A stretch of DNA of 64,000 nt from Octopus sinensis (GCF_006345805.1 NC_042997.1:196850001-196914000), one strand, 5' to 3'. Shown: positions 1-13,318, counted from the stretch's first letter. The notes: a model not told the origin generated them from the sequence alone. A program made the numbers and translations.

Positions 1-160
1 ATACGACAGGCTTCTTTCAGTTTCCGTCTACCAAATCCACTCACAAAGCACTGGTCGGCCTGGGGCTATAGCAGAAGACACTTGCCCAAGATGCCACGCA
101 GTGGGACTGAACCATGTGGTTGGTTTGCAAGCTACTTACCACAAAGCCACTCCTGCGCCT
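1..160 (-). mobile_element. tRNA-derived SINE family A, 5' half (cut by window edge)
   Basis: Near-identical to 9831-9984, 35947-36111 and 60666-60830. Head AGGCGCAGGAGTGGCT..TGGTAAG is A-box-like; GTTCAGTCC is B-box-like; CTTGGGCAAGTGTCTT is CORE-like. Confidence 0.9.
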
Positions 161-179
161 ATATATATATATATATATT

Positions 180-532
180 CTTTTATTCCTTCATTTTTTT
201 ACAGTTTTCAGTCCTTTGACTACGACCATACTGGAGCACCGCGTTTGTCGAAGAAATAGACCCCAGGACTTATTCTTTGTAAGTCTATTACTTATTTTAT
301 TGGTGACTTTTGTCGAACCGCTAAGTTACGTTGTCATAAACACACCAATGTCCGTTGCCAAGCAATGGTGGGGGGGGGACACGCACAAATACACACACAC
401 ATATATTTATATATATATACGACGGGCTTCCGTCAATTTGGTCTGGCCAAGGCTATAGAAGACACTTGGGCAAGGCGCCAGGCAGTGGGAGTGAACCCGG
501 AACCATGTGGTTGGAAAGCAAGCTTGTTACAA
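180..532 (-). mobile_element. SINE family A, diverged copy
   Basis: Aligns by eye to the full family A copies (ggagcaccg, gaaccgctaag, gaagacacttgg, gaacccggaaccatgtgg). Confidence 0.75.
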
Positions 533-548
533 CATACATATATATATT

Positions 549-825
549 ATTATATTAAGGGCTTATACTATAGGTAACGCCTCACGCTCTAAAGGGACTT
601 TGAAGCCAAACAACTTCGATACATACTTATATGTATATCTATTGAAGTAGTTTGACTTTAGAATCCCCTTACAGCGTGAGGCGTTAGTCATAATAATAGA
701 TAATAGCCCTTAATATAATGACGTATGTTATATTTGGGTTTAAAATGATATAGTTTGAAATAAGTTTTCTCCTTAATTGGTGTTCCACGCTGGCTACTTA
801 ATAAATCTTATATACATTTTATCCT

Positions 826-827
<2 letters not shown>
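549..827. mobile_element. (TA)n-embedded fold-back cassette H1 (imperfect inverted repeat 549-719 plus right tail), probable Penelope pLTR remnant
   Basis: attatattaagggct/agcccttaatataat and taacgcctcacgct/agcgtgaggcgtta are reverse complements; TA tracts on both sides. Confidence 0.6.
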
Positions 828-908
<81 letters not shown>

Positions 909-928
909 TCTCCTTGTTTTTTTGTGTC

Positions 929-967
929 CCTTTCTGTAGAAGAGCGTAGGCTCGAAACATAAAAGAG
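929..967 (+). ncRNA. degenerate minimal hammerhead ribozyme motif in a (TA)n-flanked cassette (909-1062)
   Basis: CTTT-CTGTAGA-A-GAGC gtag GCTC-GAAAC-ATA-AAAG. Stem I CTTT/AAAG, stem II GAGC/GCTC; core is one change from CUGANGA and stem III is mismatched. Confidence 0.5.
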
Positions 968-1737
968 TTTTTCTATTCCTGAGCGTTATACTAATACATC
1001 TGTTTGTTTTGTACACCACCTGTCTTCGTCTCTTGTTTTTTTAGTAAACTCTCCCTAAATTTATATATATACATACACGTTTGGTGGTTGTCTATTTCTT
1101 ATGAAGAATTTGACCACCTCCTGTACATACACCTAGAACCATCATGGCATCTGGTGTGGCATTTTAAACTAGAAAATGCATTGAAAAGATACCCACATAA
1201 ATTGCATATCCGATTTAGATCAACAAGAGCTGCAGTTATGTTCTGATCTTTGTGGATGTTAAAATGTACTTATATGTGTGTCTCCTCTCTCTCTCCCTCC
1301 CTCTCTCTCTCTGTGTGTATAAAAAGAAATACATATGTATGTATATACATATGTAAATATATTCCATTTGGATTTTAATCTTCGGTTTGTTTTATTAAGC
1401 CTGGTCGCTGTTACCGGCCATGAGATACGAGTAAAACACGGAAATGGAAACTTTTTGCTGATGATACATCCAAGAACCCGTAAATTTCCATTGAATTGAT
1501 TTAAATATTAATAAGGTGAATGGAGTGTATAATCCGTTTTTATTACATTATTTTTACATGTGTTTCATGGACATTTCGTCAGAAGTGTATAGCTATATTA
1601 TTATATGTTATGCGTAACAATACATTGCATCGGCATTATTGTACTACTACTGCAGAAATATCGACTCCTCAGGTTTATGTATAAATTCCATTAATATATA
1701 TGTATACATTAAGGCACTAGTACATACATACACACAA

Positions 1738-2076
1738 GTGAAGGCGCATGGCCCAGTGGTTAGAGCGTCGAGCTTACGATCGTGAGGTTGTGTGCTTGAA
1801 TCCCGGACCGGGCTGCGTGTTGTGTTCTTGAGCAAGACACTTTATTTCACGTTGCTCCAGTTCACTCGCCTGCAGAAATTAGTTGCGATGTCACAGGTGC
1901 CAAGCTGTATCGGCCCTTTTGCCTTTCCCTTGGATAACACTGGTGGTGTGGAGAAGGGAGGCCGGTATCCGTGGGCGACTGCTGGTCGTCCATAAACAAC
2001 CTTGCCCGGACTTGTACCTGTGAGGGTAACTTTCTAAGTGCAATCCCATGGTCAGTTTCGTGACCGAAGGGGTCTC
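1738..2076 (+). mobile_element. tRNA-derived CORE-like SINE family D
   Basis: Head GGCCCAGTGGTTAGAGCG, CORE-like TGTGTTCTTGAGCAAGACACTT; collinear with 46798-47122. Confidence 0.85.
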
Positions 2077-2699
2077 AGACATACATACATACGTAGATAC
2101 ATAGATACGTATACATACATATATATGTAGACGCACGTATATCTAAGTACCCTTAACATGATATAGGGATATATAGCCAACGCCAGCATAGTGTTGGAAT
2201 CTTTTCACTACACAACGGCACATTTCGCCACAATAGTCATCACTACTGACGTCACACACTCAAGCACACACGTATAGCCAACATACATCTTTACAGAAAG
2301 GCATACATTTACACATACATAAGCACCCGCATACTAACAATCACACACACACACCAATCTTATACTTATTATCTAAACATGCATACAAGTTAACACTTCC
2401 ATGATGATATTTTCAGTTGCAACGTTTGTGATTCTTGTGTCTGTGTACGAGTATTATCTTAGAGCCTTCTTTCAGAGATGGCAGAAATCAATAGATTGTT
2501 ACCGTATATCTGTGGTGGGTGTTGGTGGTGGAGATTGTGCTGATAATGTTGATGATGATGATGATGGAGGTTGTGGTGAAGATGTGTGGTGGGTAGTGCT
2601 GACTGTGTGGTAGTGGTGATGGTGGTGGTGATGGGAGATTATCCGTTTTCTCTTTCAGAACAACTTTAAATCTGCTTAACAACAGTAACCACATTACAA

Positions 2700-2779
2700 T
2701 TACCATTATTATTATTATTATTACTATTATCATTATTATTATTATTATTATTATTATTTATAACAACAACAACAACAAC

Positions 2780-2838
<59 letters not shown>

Positions 2839-2942
2839 TATAATAATAATAATAATAATAATATATAATATAATAATAATAATAATAATGATGATAATGA
2901 TAATTATAATAAAAAAAATAATAATGGTAATTATAATAATAT
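2700..2942. repeat. compound (TAT)n/(AAC)n/(AAT)n microsatellite
   Basis: Read directly; source of the poly-I/poly-L ORFs. Confidence 0.95.
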
Positions 2943-4066
2943 CAAAGATGGCAAAATGACAACGATAATCACAACAGCAACAAAAAAAAACAATAATATT
3001 TCCTTTTGCATCTACAAAGAGTGACAAATGTGTGAGCGTTACAGCAAAGATGTAGAAAAGAAATCGGTGGAAGCTTACATTAATATGGCAAGAAGTAAAA
3101 TACCATAGAATACAAAATAGAGAAAATATCCCAAGAGATGGAGCAACACATGTGGCCATTCCTGGAATGTAACAGTTCCAGATTACTCAAGAGGACCACC
3201 ACATCAGATTAATCCTGAGACACTACAGCTCCATGTCTACCTTAGTCACCCAGGGTCAGTAACATTCTGTAGCTGTTATTTCCTGGCCTACAGACCCGTG
3301 CTAGGACATTCACTATCATTACTCTCCATCTTAATTTCGTAGTTGAACCTGACTCTTGAAGAAGTCGAAGAGGATCTGGCCGAAGAGAAACGAATCTGTA
3401 TTTTGCTCTTTCAGTTACATTCTTCCATAATCTCTATCACTTAATCATCAGACAGACGGAATAACTTCTTTTTTGATCGGTAGAAATGGGTGACTGGTAG
3501 CAAGCAGACTGTGAATGCTTCACAGTATTTCATGTTCTTTGCTTTACTCAGAACAGCTCCGTCGATAGCTGTGCTGTGGGAAGCCGTGCCTTAGAAAAGA
3601 CGATCAGAGCTGCTCTTTGTTCTGAAATCTCTGTGGATGCTGCAGTTCGTAACCCCGTTCCAAGTTCTCTCCACCCGTGGGCGCAGGGTACATCACCTCC
3701 AAACAATTTAACCGGGACTCCAATCCAACTCTCGACGTGGCTGAGACTGGCCAGCAGCGTCGACATGGATCTCAGAGGAAAGAGCTAAAAGCCTACTGAC
3801 TTTTGCTTCTATCGTTATTTCATTCTTTACTAGAAGAACAGAAGCATGAGAGACATATGCGATCAATTTATAAAACAAGTGGCTTATTGGTAAGAGTGTT
3901 GGTGTCACAATTGGAAGGTCTTGGTTCGAGTGCCAGACCCGAAGGCGTGTTGTGTCTTTGAAACAAAAACCACTTCAATTTTACAACGCTCCAATCTACT
4001 CAACTGAAAACTCCTTACCAACCTCTACTGGCGCAGGCCTGCTTTTGGCTACATAGTTACCTATGG

Positions 4067-4512
4067 AGGCTTAGGAGTGGCTGTGTGTTAAGTAGCTTGC
4101 TTACCAACCACATGGTTCCGGGTTCAGTCCCACTGGGTGGTACCTTAGGCAAGTGTCTTCTACTATAGCCTCGGGCCAACCAAAGCCTTGTGAGTAGATG
4201 ACTGTCATCCTTTCGGGGTCGATTAAATAAGTACCAGTTACGCACTGGGGTCGATATGATCGACTTAATTCGTTTGACTGTCTTTGTTTGTCCCCTCTGT
4301 GTGTAGCCCCTTGTGGGTAGTAAAGAAATAAGAAATATTAGCACGTCGGGCGAGATTCTTTGCCGTATTTCGTCTATCTAAACGTTCTCTGTTCAAATTC
4401 CGCCGAGGTCGACTTTGCCTTTCATCCTTTCATCCTGTTGCGTACTTGTGTTGATCTAAACGACTGGTCAGTAACCCCAAAACTTCGGGCCTTGTGCCTA
4501 GATTAGAAAAGA
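4067..4512 (+). mobile_element. SINE A 5' half joined to SINE family B body
   Basis: 4067-4197 matches the family A head; 4205-4512 matches family B (tcatcctttcggggtcgat..gtaccagttacgcactgggg). Confidence 0.8.
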
Positions 4513-5056
4513 ATCCACTATACATCGATTCGATTATATTTTCTTTCATAGAAAATTACGTTTACATATGAAGAAAAGAACTAATTGTATATATATAATA
4601 AGATAGAATATCACAGATATCTGCTTAACTGGCACTTTATTTTTATGTATGCAATGCAGTGTGCCATATCGTCCATAGACTCGATGTACTCTTTCCTACT
4701 CTCTCAAATATCTCGTAGGTCACCATTGGATAAGGTTTTATTAGAAAAAAAAAAAGAAAAGACATACTGGTGGAATAAAAATAATGGAAAACGAAATAAA
4801 AGAAGCAAGAAAAGAATAGGGAGAAAGAGAAGGAGAGAGAGTAAGAGAGGTTGTAATGAGGAGGACATGATGAAAACCTTTAGCGAATAAATAATGTATT
4901 TGGTACAAGATGTCTCTTACAAAATGTATAACCTGCTGAGAAGGGAATGGAATTGACGTTATTGTGTTAAGAGATTTAAAAACGTGAAATTGCGGTGGGG
5001 AAACGAAAACGATTCTAACTGAACATTCTATATTTATGAAGTACGTGTTACGTACG

Positions 5057-5059
5057 TGT

Positions 5060-5142
<83 letters not shown>

Positions 5143-5372
5143 ATGTATGTATATGTTTATGTATATATATATATGTATATGTATATATATATTACGTATA
5201 TATGCATATGTATATATATATATATATGTATATGTATATATATATGTATATATATGCATATGTATATATATATGCATATATGTATATATATATTCATATG
5301 TATATATATATATATTATATATATGTTGTGTATATATATATATGTGTATATATATATGCATATCTCTCTCTC

Positions 5373-5416
<44 letters not shown>

Positions 5417-5498
5417 GAGAAATAGATAGATAGATATGGCGTATATACATAGATACATATATAAAAACATGTACATGATATGGATATATGATATATAC

Positions 5499-5530
<32 letters not shown>

Positions 5531-5580
5531 ATATATGTGTGGTGTTGGTGTGTGTGTGTGTGTGTATATATGTCTTGATA

Positions 5581-5636
<56 letters not shown>

Positions 5637-5640
5637 AGTA
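5057..5640. repeat. compound (GT)n/(TATG)n/(TA)n microsatellite
   Basis: Read directly. Confidence 0.95.
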
Positions 5641-6530
5641 CATATATTTATCTCTAGATATAAGTTGCATATATACGCTGTTGCACAGTATGGTATATAC
5701 ATTATATGATATCTCAAACTTATATGAGTATGTGTGTCTGCACGAGTGTGCATGCGTGCGCAGCAGCTAGGTATGTATACTCTTGTCATTTCGATAACAA
5801 TATAAGTAGTTAGATTCAGATAATGGAAGTGAAATATTAGTGAAATCGAGGACTAAGTTTCAGCGTGTGAGGGAAAAACTGCAGTAAATAGATGGCTAAT
5901 GTTTAACAAGTTCTTCGGAGACTACTGTCGGGTGGTGAAGAAGATGAAATAACGGTAGGAATAACGTAAAAGATAGAGGGAGATGAGATACCAGTAGGGA
6001 AGAAAGAGATGCAGAATTTGTGATTGTATGAAAAAGAAAAAAAGAATCTTTAGCAATGGAAGAGAAATAATGTATATGGAATGAAACTGAGAAAGTAAAA
6101 AATAAGTGTTATGTAAGGTATTTTAATAAAATATTGAGGTAGTTGAAAATCGGGAGAATAAATATATAAAAGGTAGCTTAAATGGATGGAAAAAGCAGTT
6201 AGTATGTGGTTCTTTTCTTTCTGAGATTTCGAAGAAGAGGAATTAGAGAAGGAATGATGGAAAAAAAGAATCTAAATAAATCAATTGAAAAATGATAAAA
6301 AAAGAAAAATAAAGATCAAAACGTGAAGCGAAGACTTTCAAAGGATATCGGGATTGGTATGAAAAATTCCCGTAGAGAGAATGAGATTATCGATGGAAGA
6401 AGTATATGTTCATACATGTCCGTAATTAAGAGTGAATTGAAAGGATTTGGAGAAACTGGTACGAGTAAGAAAAAGATTTCAGTATCTAAAACTGTCATAG
6501 AAAATCAGAGGCAAACAAAAGGAATATTTC

Positions 6531-6531
6531 A

Positions 6532-6607
<76 letters not shown>

Positions 6608-6612
6608 CATCT
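6531..6612. repeat. (TATC)n microsatellite
   Basis: Read directly. Confidence 0.95.
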
Positions 6613-6874
6613 ACCTAGCTATGATACGTATGTATGTGTATGCGCGTGTGCCTGCGTGTATTAATATGCATGTTTGTATAATATATATATATAACTGTAT
6701 AATAATATATCATAATATTTCATTCTCTGATTTAAAGCGACAATTTATAAATGAAAATAAATAACTGAAAAATGATGACCAAACCCCCACCCAGAATCGA
6801 ACCCACAAATCAACGCTAACTCGCCTCCCTAACTTACAAAATCTTCCGCGTTTGTTTACAAATATTACATATAT

Positions 6875-7178
6875 ATCACTGTGACCGACCAGGCTATCAG
6901 ATGTTGCTACACATGGCTGGTCACAATGCGCTTCGTATTGTTTTAGCCTTCAAATGACACCACCCCGCTGTTCATACGAGCAGGCCAACAGAAGAAAGAG
7001 TGAGAAAAAGTTGTGGCGAAAGAGTACAGCATGGATCGTCACCCCCCTCTGCCGGAGCCTCGGGGAGCTTTTAGGTGTTTTCACTCAATAAACACTCACA
7101 ACGCCTGGTCTGGCAATCGAAACCGCGATTCTACGACCGCGAGTCCGCTGCCTTAACCACTGGACCATTGAGCCTCCA
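6875..7178 (-). mobile_element. tRNA-derived SINE family C, tail type ii
   Basis: Head and body match the 16866-17246 copy; the 3' part instead matches 42365-42485. Confidence 0.85.
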
Positions 7179-7246
7179 CACACACACACACACACACGTA
7201 TATATATATTATATATATATATAATATATATATATATATAATATAT

Positions 7247-7354
<108 letters not shown>

Positions 7355-7360
7355 ATATAT

Positions 7361-7719
7361 TATAAAAAGGGCTTAGTAAAATAAATTACTTTGCCGCATA
7401 CTGAACTCGTTAGAAATAGCAGCTAAAAAAACTATTTCTAACACTTAAAGAAAACCTCTCTCATATAGTGTTTGCTCAATTCAACTCAAGAAAGTACTTT
7501 CTTGAGTTGAATTGAGCAAACACTATATGAGAGAGGTTTTCTAAGTGTTAGAAATAGTTTTTTTTAGCCTATTTCTAACGAGTTCAGTATGCGGCAAGTA
7601 ATTTATTTTACAAGCCCTTTTATATAATGTAATAATTTGAATTTGCCTAATGGTCCCTTTGCATACTGAATACTTGGTGAAATTGATTATTAATTAATTA
7701 TTTTACCCTCAATTTTGAA

Positions 7720-7720
<1 letters not shown>
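7361..7720. mobile_element. (TA)n-embedded fold-back cassette H2 (palindrome 7361-7626 plus right tail)
   Basis: Loopless palindrome centred on aaagtacttt (7491-7500), arms about 130 bp; (TA)n on both sides. Confidence 0.7.
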
Positions 7721-7785
<65 letters not shown>

Positions 7786-7790
<5 letters not shown>

Positions 7791-8384
7791 TTAGATAAAA
7801 CTTAGATATGTTTCGACCAGAGATTGGTCCAGGCCATGTCTAACTTAATAGCACCACCTGATAGGATTATTCGAATCCTGTTTAAGTCAAGTTTTGTTCA
7901 AGTAGTGAGTTCTTGTTGGGTGAGTTGTATCCAATTATGGGTGGCTTGTCTGGTATTCTTTGAAGGAATCTATCCAGACTCTGTTTGAAGTTGATGGGAT
8001 CCTTTTCCTCTTTGATCTCCCTCGGGACAATGTTAATAGGGCAGGCCTGTTGAGGAGAAGAAATTATGTTGCAGTGTACATGTATGTTGTGATCTTGAAT
8101 TTGGCAGGGGACGTATAGCCCGTGGTCCAAGTCTCGGATGAACCTTGAAGCTATTTTTAGGTCGTTTTGGGCAAGTTGGCGGTATATTTTCCACATCGTA
8201 CAAATGATGTACCGCTCACGGCGACGCTGGAGGGAGTAAGTTTCAAGGCTTTAAGGCGATCCCAATAGTCGAGAGCAGCCATGCCTTCAATTTGTTTAGT
8301 AAGAGCTCTGGGGTGACTCAATTCTGGAGATTTTTTGTCTTGTGTGAGGAGACCACAGTGGGCAGCAGTATTCAAGGTGTGGCC
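7786..8384 (-). mobile_element. CR1/L2-group LINE 3' fragment (ORF2 C-terminus plus 3' UTR), frameshifted
   Basis: Translates as RPHLEYCCPLWSP..IEGMAALDYWDRLKALKL..MWK..FKQSLDRFLQRIPDKP..NSL; 3' stem-loop and (ATCTAAGTTTT)2 tail. Confidence 0.85.
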
Positions 8385-8421
<37 letters not shown>

Positions 8422-9565
8422 ATATATATGTACGTATTTATGTACATTTATATATGCATGCCACTTCTCAGTGTGTGTATATATACATATATATTTAAAT
8501 TCTACGACTCATGTGCACAAGTTCAACGCATATAAATTCTACAGACAGATTATTCGGCTGTGTCACTGTTAAATTCAACATTTATTTTCTAGAAAATGAA
8601 ACAGATATTTTGCAGAGTCAACATTCTATGTTCCTATCACGTTTGTTCCAATATTTTTTTCTTATTTAATTTCGACGAAGCTTCGAGCATAAACAACCTG
8701 AGTCAGCAACTTACTTCGCTGAACAAAGCCCGAATTACCTGTAAGTCCTAAATATTTCAACAGCTGCATTGACATAATTATGATGCTATCAATTGAATTT
8801 TAAGTTTAACCTGAAGCAACGCATCTCATATCTCTACGGACATCTCGTATTTTAGTAGCAATGCGCTAGATCAAAAGACGGCGCTTAGACATTCATCATT
8901 TCCATCAGTGCTATAGGTTTGATGGCGCTAATAGTCACAAGCGCTGGTCCCTAGCAAGACAAAAACTACAACAACCACAATAGCATTAACAAATTCGACA
9001 AAAATATGTCAAATAGAAAGCATTTGTGCTGTTACTCGACCTGCTTGCAATAGCAAGCATTTTGTAATTCTGGCCTAAAAAAAAGACAAAAACACTTCCA
9101 CTACTTCAACTAGTGTTTTTGAAGGCCTAAAGACCTCAATGAATTGATGCTTCAATTAGTAGTCTTAGATCAATTTTTCGTAATCTTGCTAAAATAGTAA
9201 CAATAACAGTGTGCTTAAATGAAATATGAGCTAATAAAAATGTTAGAAAACCAAAGCTGCATCCAACGCAATAAATAACATAACTAAAGCAACCGCCGTA
9301 ATATCAGTATTAATTAATGGAAAGTGGCGAGCCCGAAGAATCGTCAGCACGCCGGACAATATGTTTACCAGCATTCAAATGATGCCGCGGTCGCCTTTAC
9401 TTCTCTCCACTTTTCGGTGTCGATAAAGTAAGTACCATTGGGCACTGGAATCGATGTAATCAATTTAAACCCTCCACAAAATTGCTGGCTTTGTGCCGAA
9501 AATTGAAAATAATTCTCGGACAACATTATCTACTCTTCTAAGATGTTAGGGTCTGATTTTCAATA

Positions 9566-9984
9566 CTCTCTCTCTTTTACTCTTTTACTTGTTTCAGTCA
9601 TTTGACTGCGACCATGCTGGGGCACCGCCCTTAATCGAGCAACTCGACCCCGGGACTTATTCTTTTGTAAGCCCAGTACTTATTCTATCGGTCTCTTTTG
9701 CCGAACCGCTAAGTAACGGGGACATAAACACACCAGCATCGGTTGTCAAGCAATGCTAGGGTGACAAACACAGACACACAAACACACACACACGCATATA
9801 TATATATACATACATATATTCGACGGGCTTCTTTCAGTTTCCGTCTACCAAATCCACTCACAAGGCTTTGGTCGGCCCGAGGCTATAGCAGAAGACACTT
9901 GCCCAAGATGCCACGCAGTGGGACTGAACCCAAAACCATGTGGTTGTTAAACAAGCTACTTACCACACAGCCACTCCTGCGCCT
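9566..9984 (-). mobile_element. SINE family A, full length
   Basis: tRNA-like head, CORE-like block, internal microsatellite and (GTAAAAGA)n-type tail; near-identical to 35706-36111. Confidence 0.92.
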
Positions 9985-10633
9985 ATACAATGTTTGTTGC
10001 TGTTTCTACGTAGATAGGACAACGTACAAGTTCCTTCATTGCTCCAGTACTTCTAAAACTTTAAATCTAAGTTGGTTGAAATATTTAGCGTTTTGATGTA
10101 AGGGAATTTAAAAAGAAGAGGAATTGGATTTCCAGTTTTGGAACAAGGCCAGCAAATCTAGGGGAGGGAAACTTGATTATGTTGGTCTCGGAGTTACACT
10201 AGTATTTATTTGGAAAGACAATGTCGACCGCGGCGTAGTTTGAACTTGTAGCATAAAGGCGAATGGAATGCCACTAATGATTTTGTCCGGTACGAATAGC
10301 TCTATATTGGGTTAAAATCTTAGGGCAGCGCTGTTTTTGTACTTAACTTATCGACCCAGAATTAATGAGAGACAAAGTCGAAGTCGGGGAAGTTTGAACT
10401 CAGAACGTAAAAACCGACGAAATTCCGTTAAGCATTTCGCCCGGCGAGCTAACAATTCTGAAGAAATACCACTAACATTTGGCCCAGCGCGAATAGCCCT
10501 ATGTTAACGATGGTAGAAGGGTGGTGGCCTTCTGACAGGGTAACCACAAATGCATTTATGATTTGTACGGTAGTAATGTTGATGGGAGTATGAGGTAGTC
10601 ATTTAATCTGCTCTAGAAAAGTTGGATGCCAAA

Positions 10634-10640
10634 TTAGTAT

Positions 10641-10711
<71 letters not shown>

Positions 10712-10804
10712 ATACATATGTGTTTGTGAATGTTTGTGTATATAAATATATAAATATACATATATGCGTACATATGTATGTACATATGTATTTATAAAAT
10801 ACAA

Positions 10805-10851
<47 letters not shown>

Positions 10852-10945
10852 AATATATATATATATATGTACACACACACATATAGGCAGACACAGACAC
10901 ACACATATATATATATGTATATATATAAATACGTGTGTGTCTGTG
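10634..10945. repeat. compound (TA)n/(TG)n microsatellite
   Basis: Read directly. Confidence 0.95.
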
Positions 10946-11806
10946 AAGGCAGAGAGAAAGGAGAGAAGGGTGTCTATAAATATTAGTTAGTTCGATAAAT
11001 GCATGTGTTGGAAAAGGGAGAGCGAGAGAAAGTGGAAGAAGAAGAAGAAGAAGAAAGAAGAACAACAAGTAATAGTAACAGAAGAAGAAGAAGAATCAAA
11101 CAAAGTGAAATTGAAGTTAATGACATTTGACACAGGAAATAGTGATGAACGTGCTTAGACAATAGCATGCTCTTCTCATTAACCTTGGTCGAGATATTAT
11201 CGATTTCTAACAAGAAAGAGGTGAAAAGAAAGGAGAGTAGTGTGTGTTGTGTGTGAGAGAGAGAGAAGTAGAGACACAGAACTAACATATAGTTAATTAT
11301 GGCTGTATAGTTAAGAAGCACACTTCATAACCTTGTGGTTCCAGGATCACTCTCACGGCGTATCTACTTCGATTGCCCGGAAGGAAGTGGGAAAAGCTGT
11401 TAAACTGGAAGAATTTTGATATTTAAATGAATAGGATACAAGGTACTCCGTCGTTACAACGGTGGGATTTCCAGTTGATCTGATCAACAGAACAGCCTGC
11501 TCATGGTATTAACGTGAAAGTGGTTGAGTACTCCACGGACACTTGTACACTTAACGTAGTTCTCAGGGAGATTCAGCGTTACACAGAATGTGACATCGTT
11601 GGCCCTTTGAAATACAGTTATTACTCATTGTTTTTTTTTTTTTAACTGGATCAATCTGAAATGAAAAGTTATGCATGATGACACAACGCGTCGCCAGAGA
11701 TCGAACTCACGGTAGTGTAATCGTGAGCTGAACACCTAACCATTCAGCCACACACCTTAACACGGTGCAGGGTCTGTAAGATAAAAGAGCAGCCAAAAGC
11801 GCCCAA

Positions 11807-12130
11807 AAGGCGGCGAACTGGCAGAAACGTTAGCACGCCCGGGCGAAATGCGTAGCCGTATTTCGTCTGCCGTTACGTTCTGAGTTCAAATTCCGCCGAG
11901 GTCAACTCTGGCTTTCATCCTTTCGGGGTCGCTAAATTAGGTACCAGTTACGCACTGGGGTCGATGTAATCGACTTAATCCGTTTGTCTGTCCTTGTTTG
12001 TCCCCTTGTGTTTAGCCCCTTGTGGGTAGTAAAGAAATAGGTATTTCGCCCGTCGCTACGTTCTGAGTTCAAATTCCGCCGAGGTCGACTATGCCTTTTA
12101 TCCTTTCGGGGTTGATAAATGAAGTACCAG
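11807..12130 (+). mobile_element. SINE family B (Nin/Deu-domain-like) with partial tandem copy
   Basis: Head AAGGCGGCGAACTGGCAGAA, B box GAGTTCAAATTCC, body CTTTCATCCTTTCGGGGTCG..GTACCAG resembling the Nin domain. Confidence 0.85.
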
Positions 12131-12678
12131 ACCGTGTGCCTATTGTAGAAAGGATTGATAACTGAAGCCCCCAAAACAATAACAAAAGACGGCATGAATC
12201 CTACAAAGGTCTACAGAATTTGGACTGTATCTAACCCCGTTAAACCGAGTCCACGTCCCATCAAACACACAATTCATTTGGAAGTTTCAAATAGCCTCAG
12301 AGCACAGCTCGTAACAATATACTATATACATAGGTTATATATAATACATGTGGTTATATGAGTGGGTACAGTTGTCGTAAACGACAGCTGAAGTTACGGC
12401 AATTTTTTACTGAAAAACCTACGGAAATAATTTGTTTACAAGGATGTTTGCGCTGTACATTATCACACTCATTTCAACAGATTGACATTGCTAGCGCAAG
12501 TACACAGTGTGTCACGTGTTAAATGTCGATGTGGTCGTAGAGCAATGTAAAATGCAGTGTTTCCTTAAAAACACAACGTACCGCCCGGTACGTAAATCGA
12601 AACAATGTTCTTGGTATCGTGAGGTTAACTCTCTAACCAATAGGCCTCGCGCCTTCGCATATACGGTATTCAACATAT

Positions 12679-12911
12679 AAGGCGTCGAGCTGGCAGAAAC
12701 GTTAGTACGCCGGGTGAAATGCGTAGCCGTATTTCGTCTGCCGTTACGTTCTGAGTTCAAATTCCGCCGAGGTCGACTTTGCCTTTCATCCTTTCGGGGT
12801 CGATTAAATAAGTACCAGTTACGCACTGGGGTCTATATAATCGACTTAATCATTTTGTCTGTCCTTGTTTCTCCTCTCTGTGTTTAGCCCCTTGTGGGTA
12901 GTAAAGAAATA
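12679..12911 (+). mobile_element. SINE family B monomer with 14-bp TSD
   Basis: TSD ggtattcaacatat at 12665-12678 and 12912-12925. Confidence 0.92.
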
Positions 12912-13318
12912 GGTATTCAACATATCAGCTTCAAATTTTGGCACAAGGCCCGCAATTTTGAGGGAAATGGTAAGTCGATTACATTAAAATAAATAGGAAG
13001 CAAGGTACTCCGTCGGTTACACCGACGGGCGGGGTTTCCAGTTGATCTAATCAACAGAGCAGCCTGCTCAACTAGCACTTATTTTATCGAGCCTGAAAGT
13101 ACGAAAAGCAGAGTCGACCTCGATTACATTTGAACTTAGAACGTAAAGCGGGACGAAATGTCGCTAAGCATTTTGCCCGGCGTGTTAACAGTTCATCGTC
13201 TTCGATATAAAGCAGACTATTTAAGCCATATGCAATCAATACCTAATACAATAAACAGCTCACGCAGCGTAGTAGTCGTTGGCAGTACCAGAGGAAGAAA
13301 GTAGGTATTCTAAATTTT

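Noticed and set aside
4741-5789. Long ORFs (up to 309 aa) rich in YI/HT/CV, also at 10.6, 24-25, 33, 39-40 and 56 kb
   Set aside because: Translations of (TA)n/(CA)n microsatellites, which lack stop codons.
7805-7835. Hammerhead-like hairpin followed by GAAAC
   Set aside because: No CUGANGA box; it is the LINE 3' recognition stem-loop.
8593-8740. Possible + strand exon (AG..ATG, 48 codons, GTAAGT)
   Set aside because: No recognisable product and no partner exons; expected by chance in AT-rich DNA.
9743-10096. Recurring similar ORFs (RGYSRRHLPK.., MRNWYL..RPRRNLNSER) suggesting a gene family
   Set aside because: Antisense translations of SINE families A and B.
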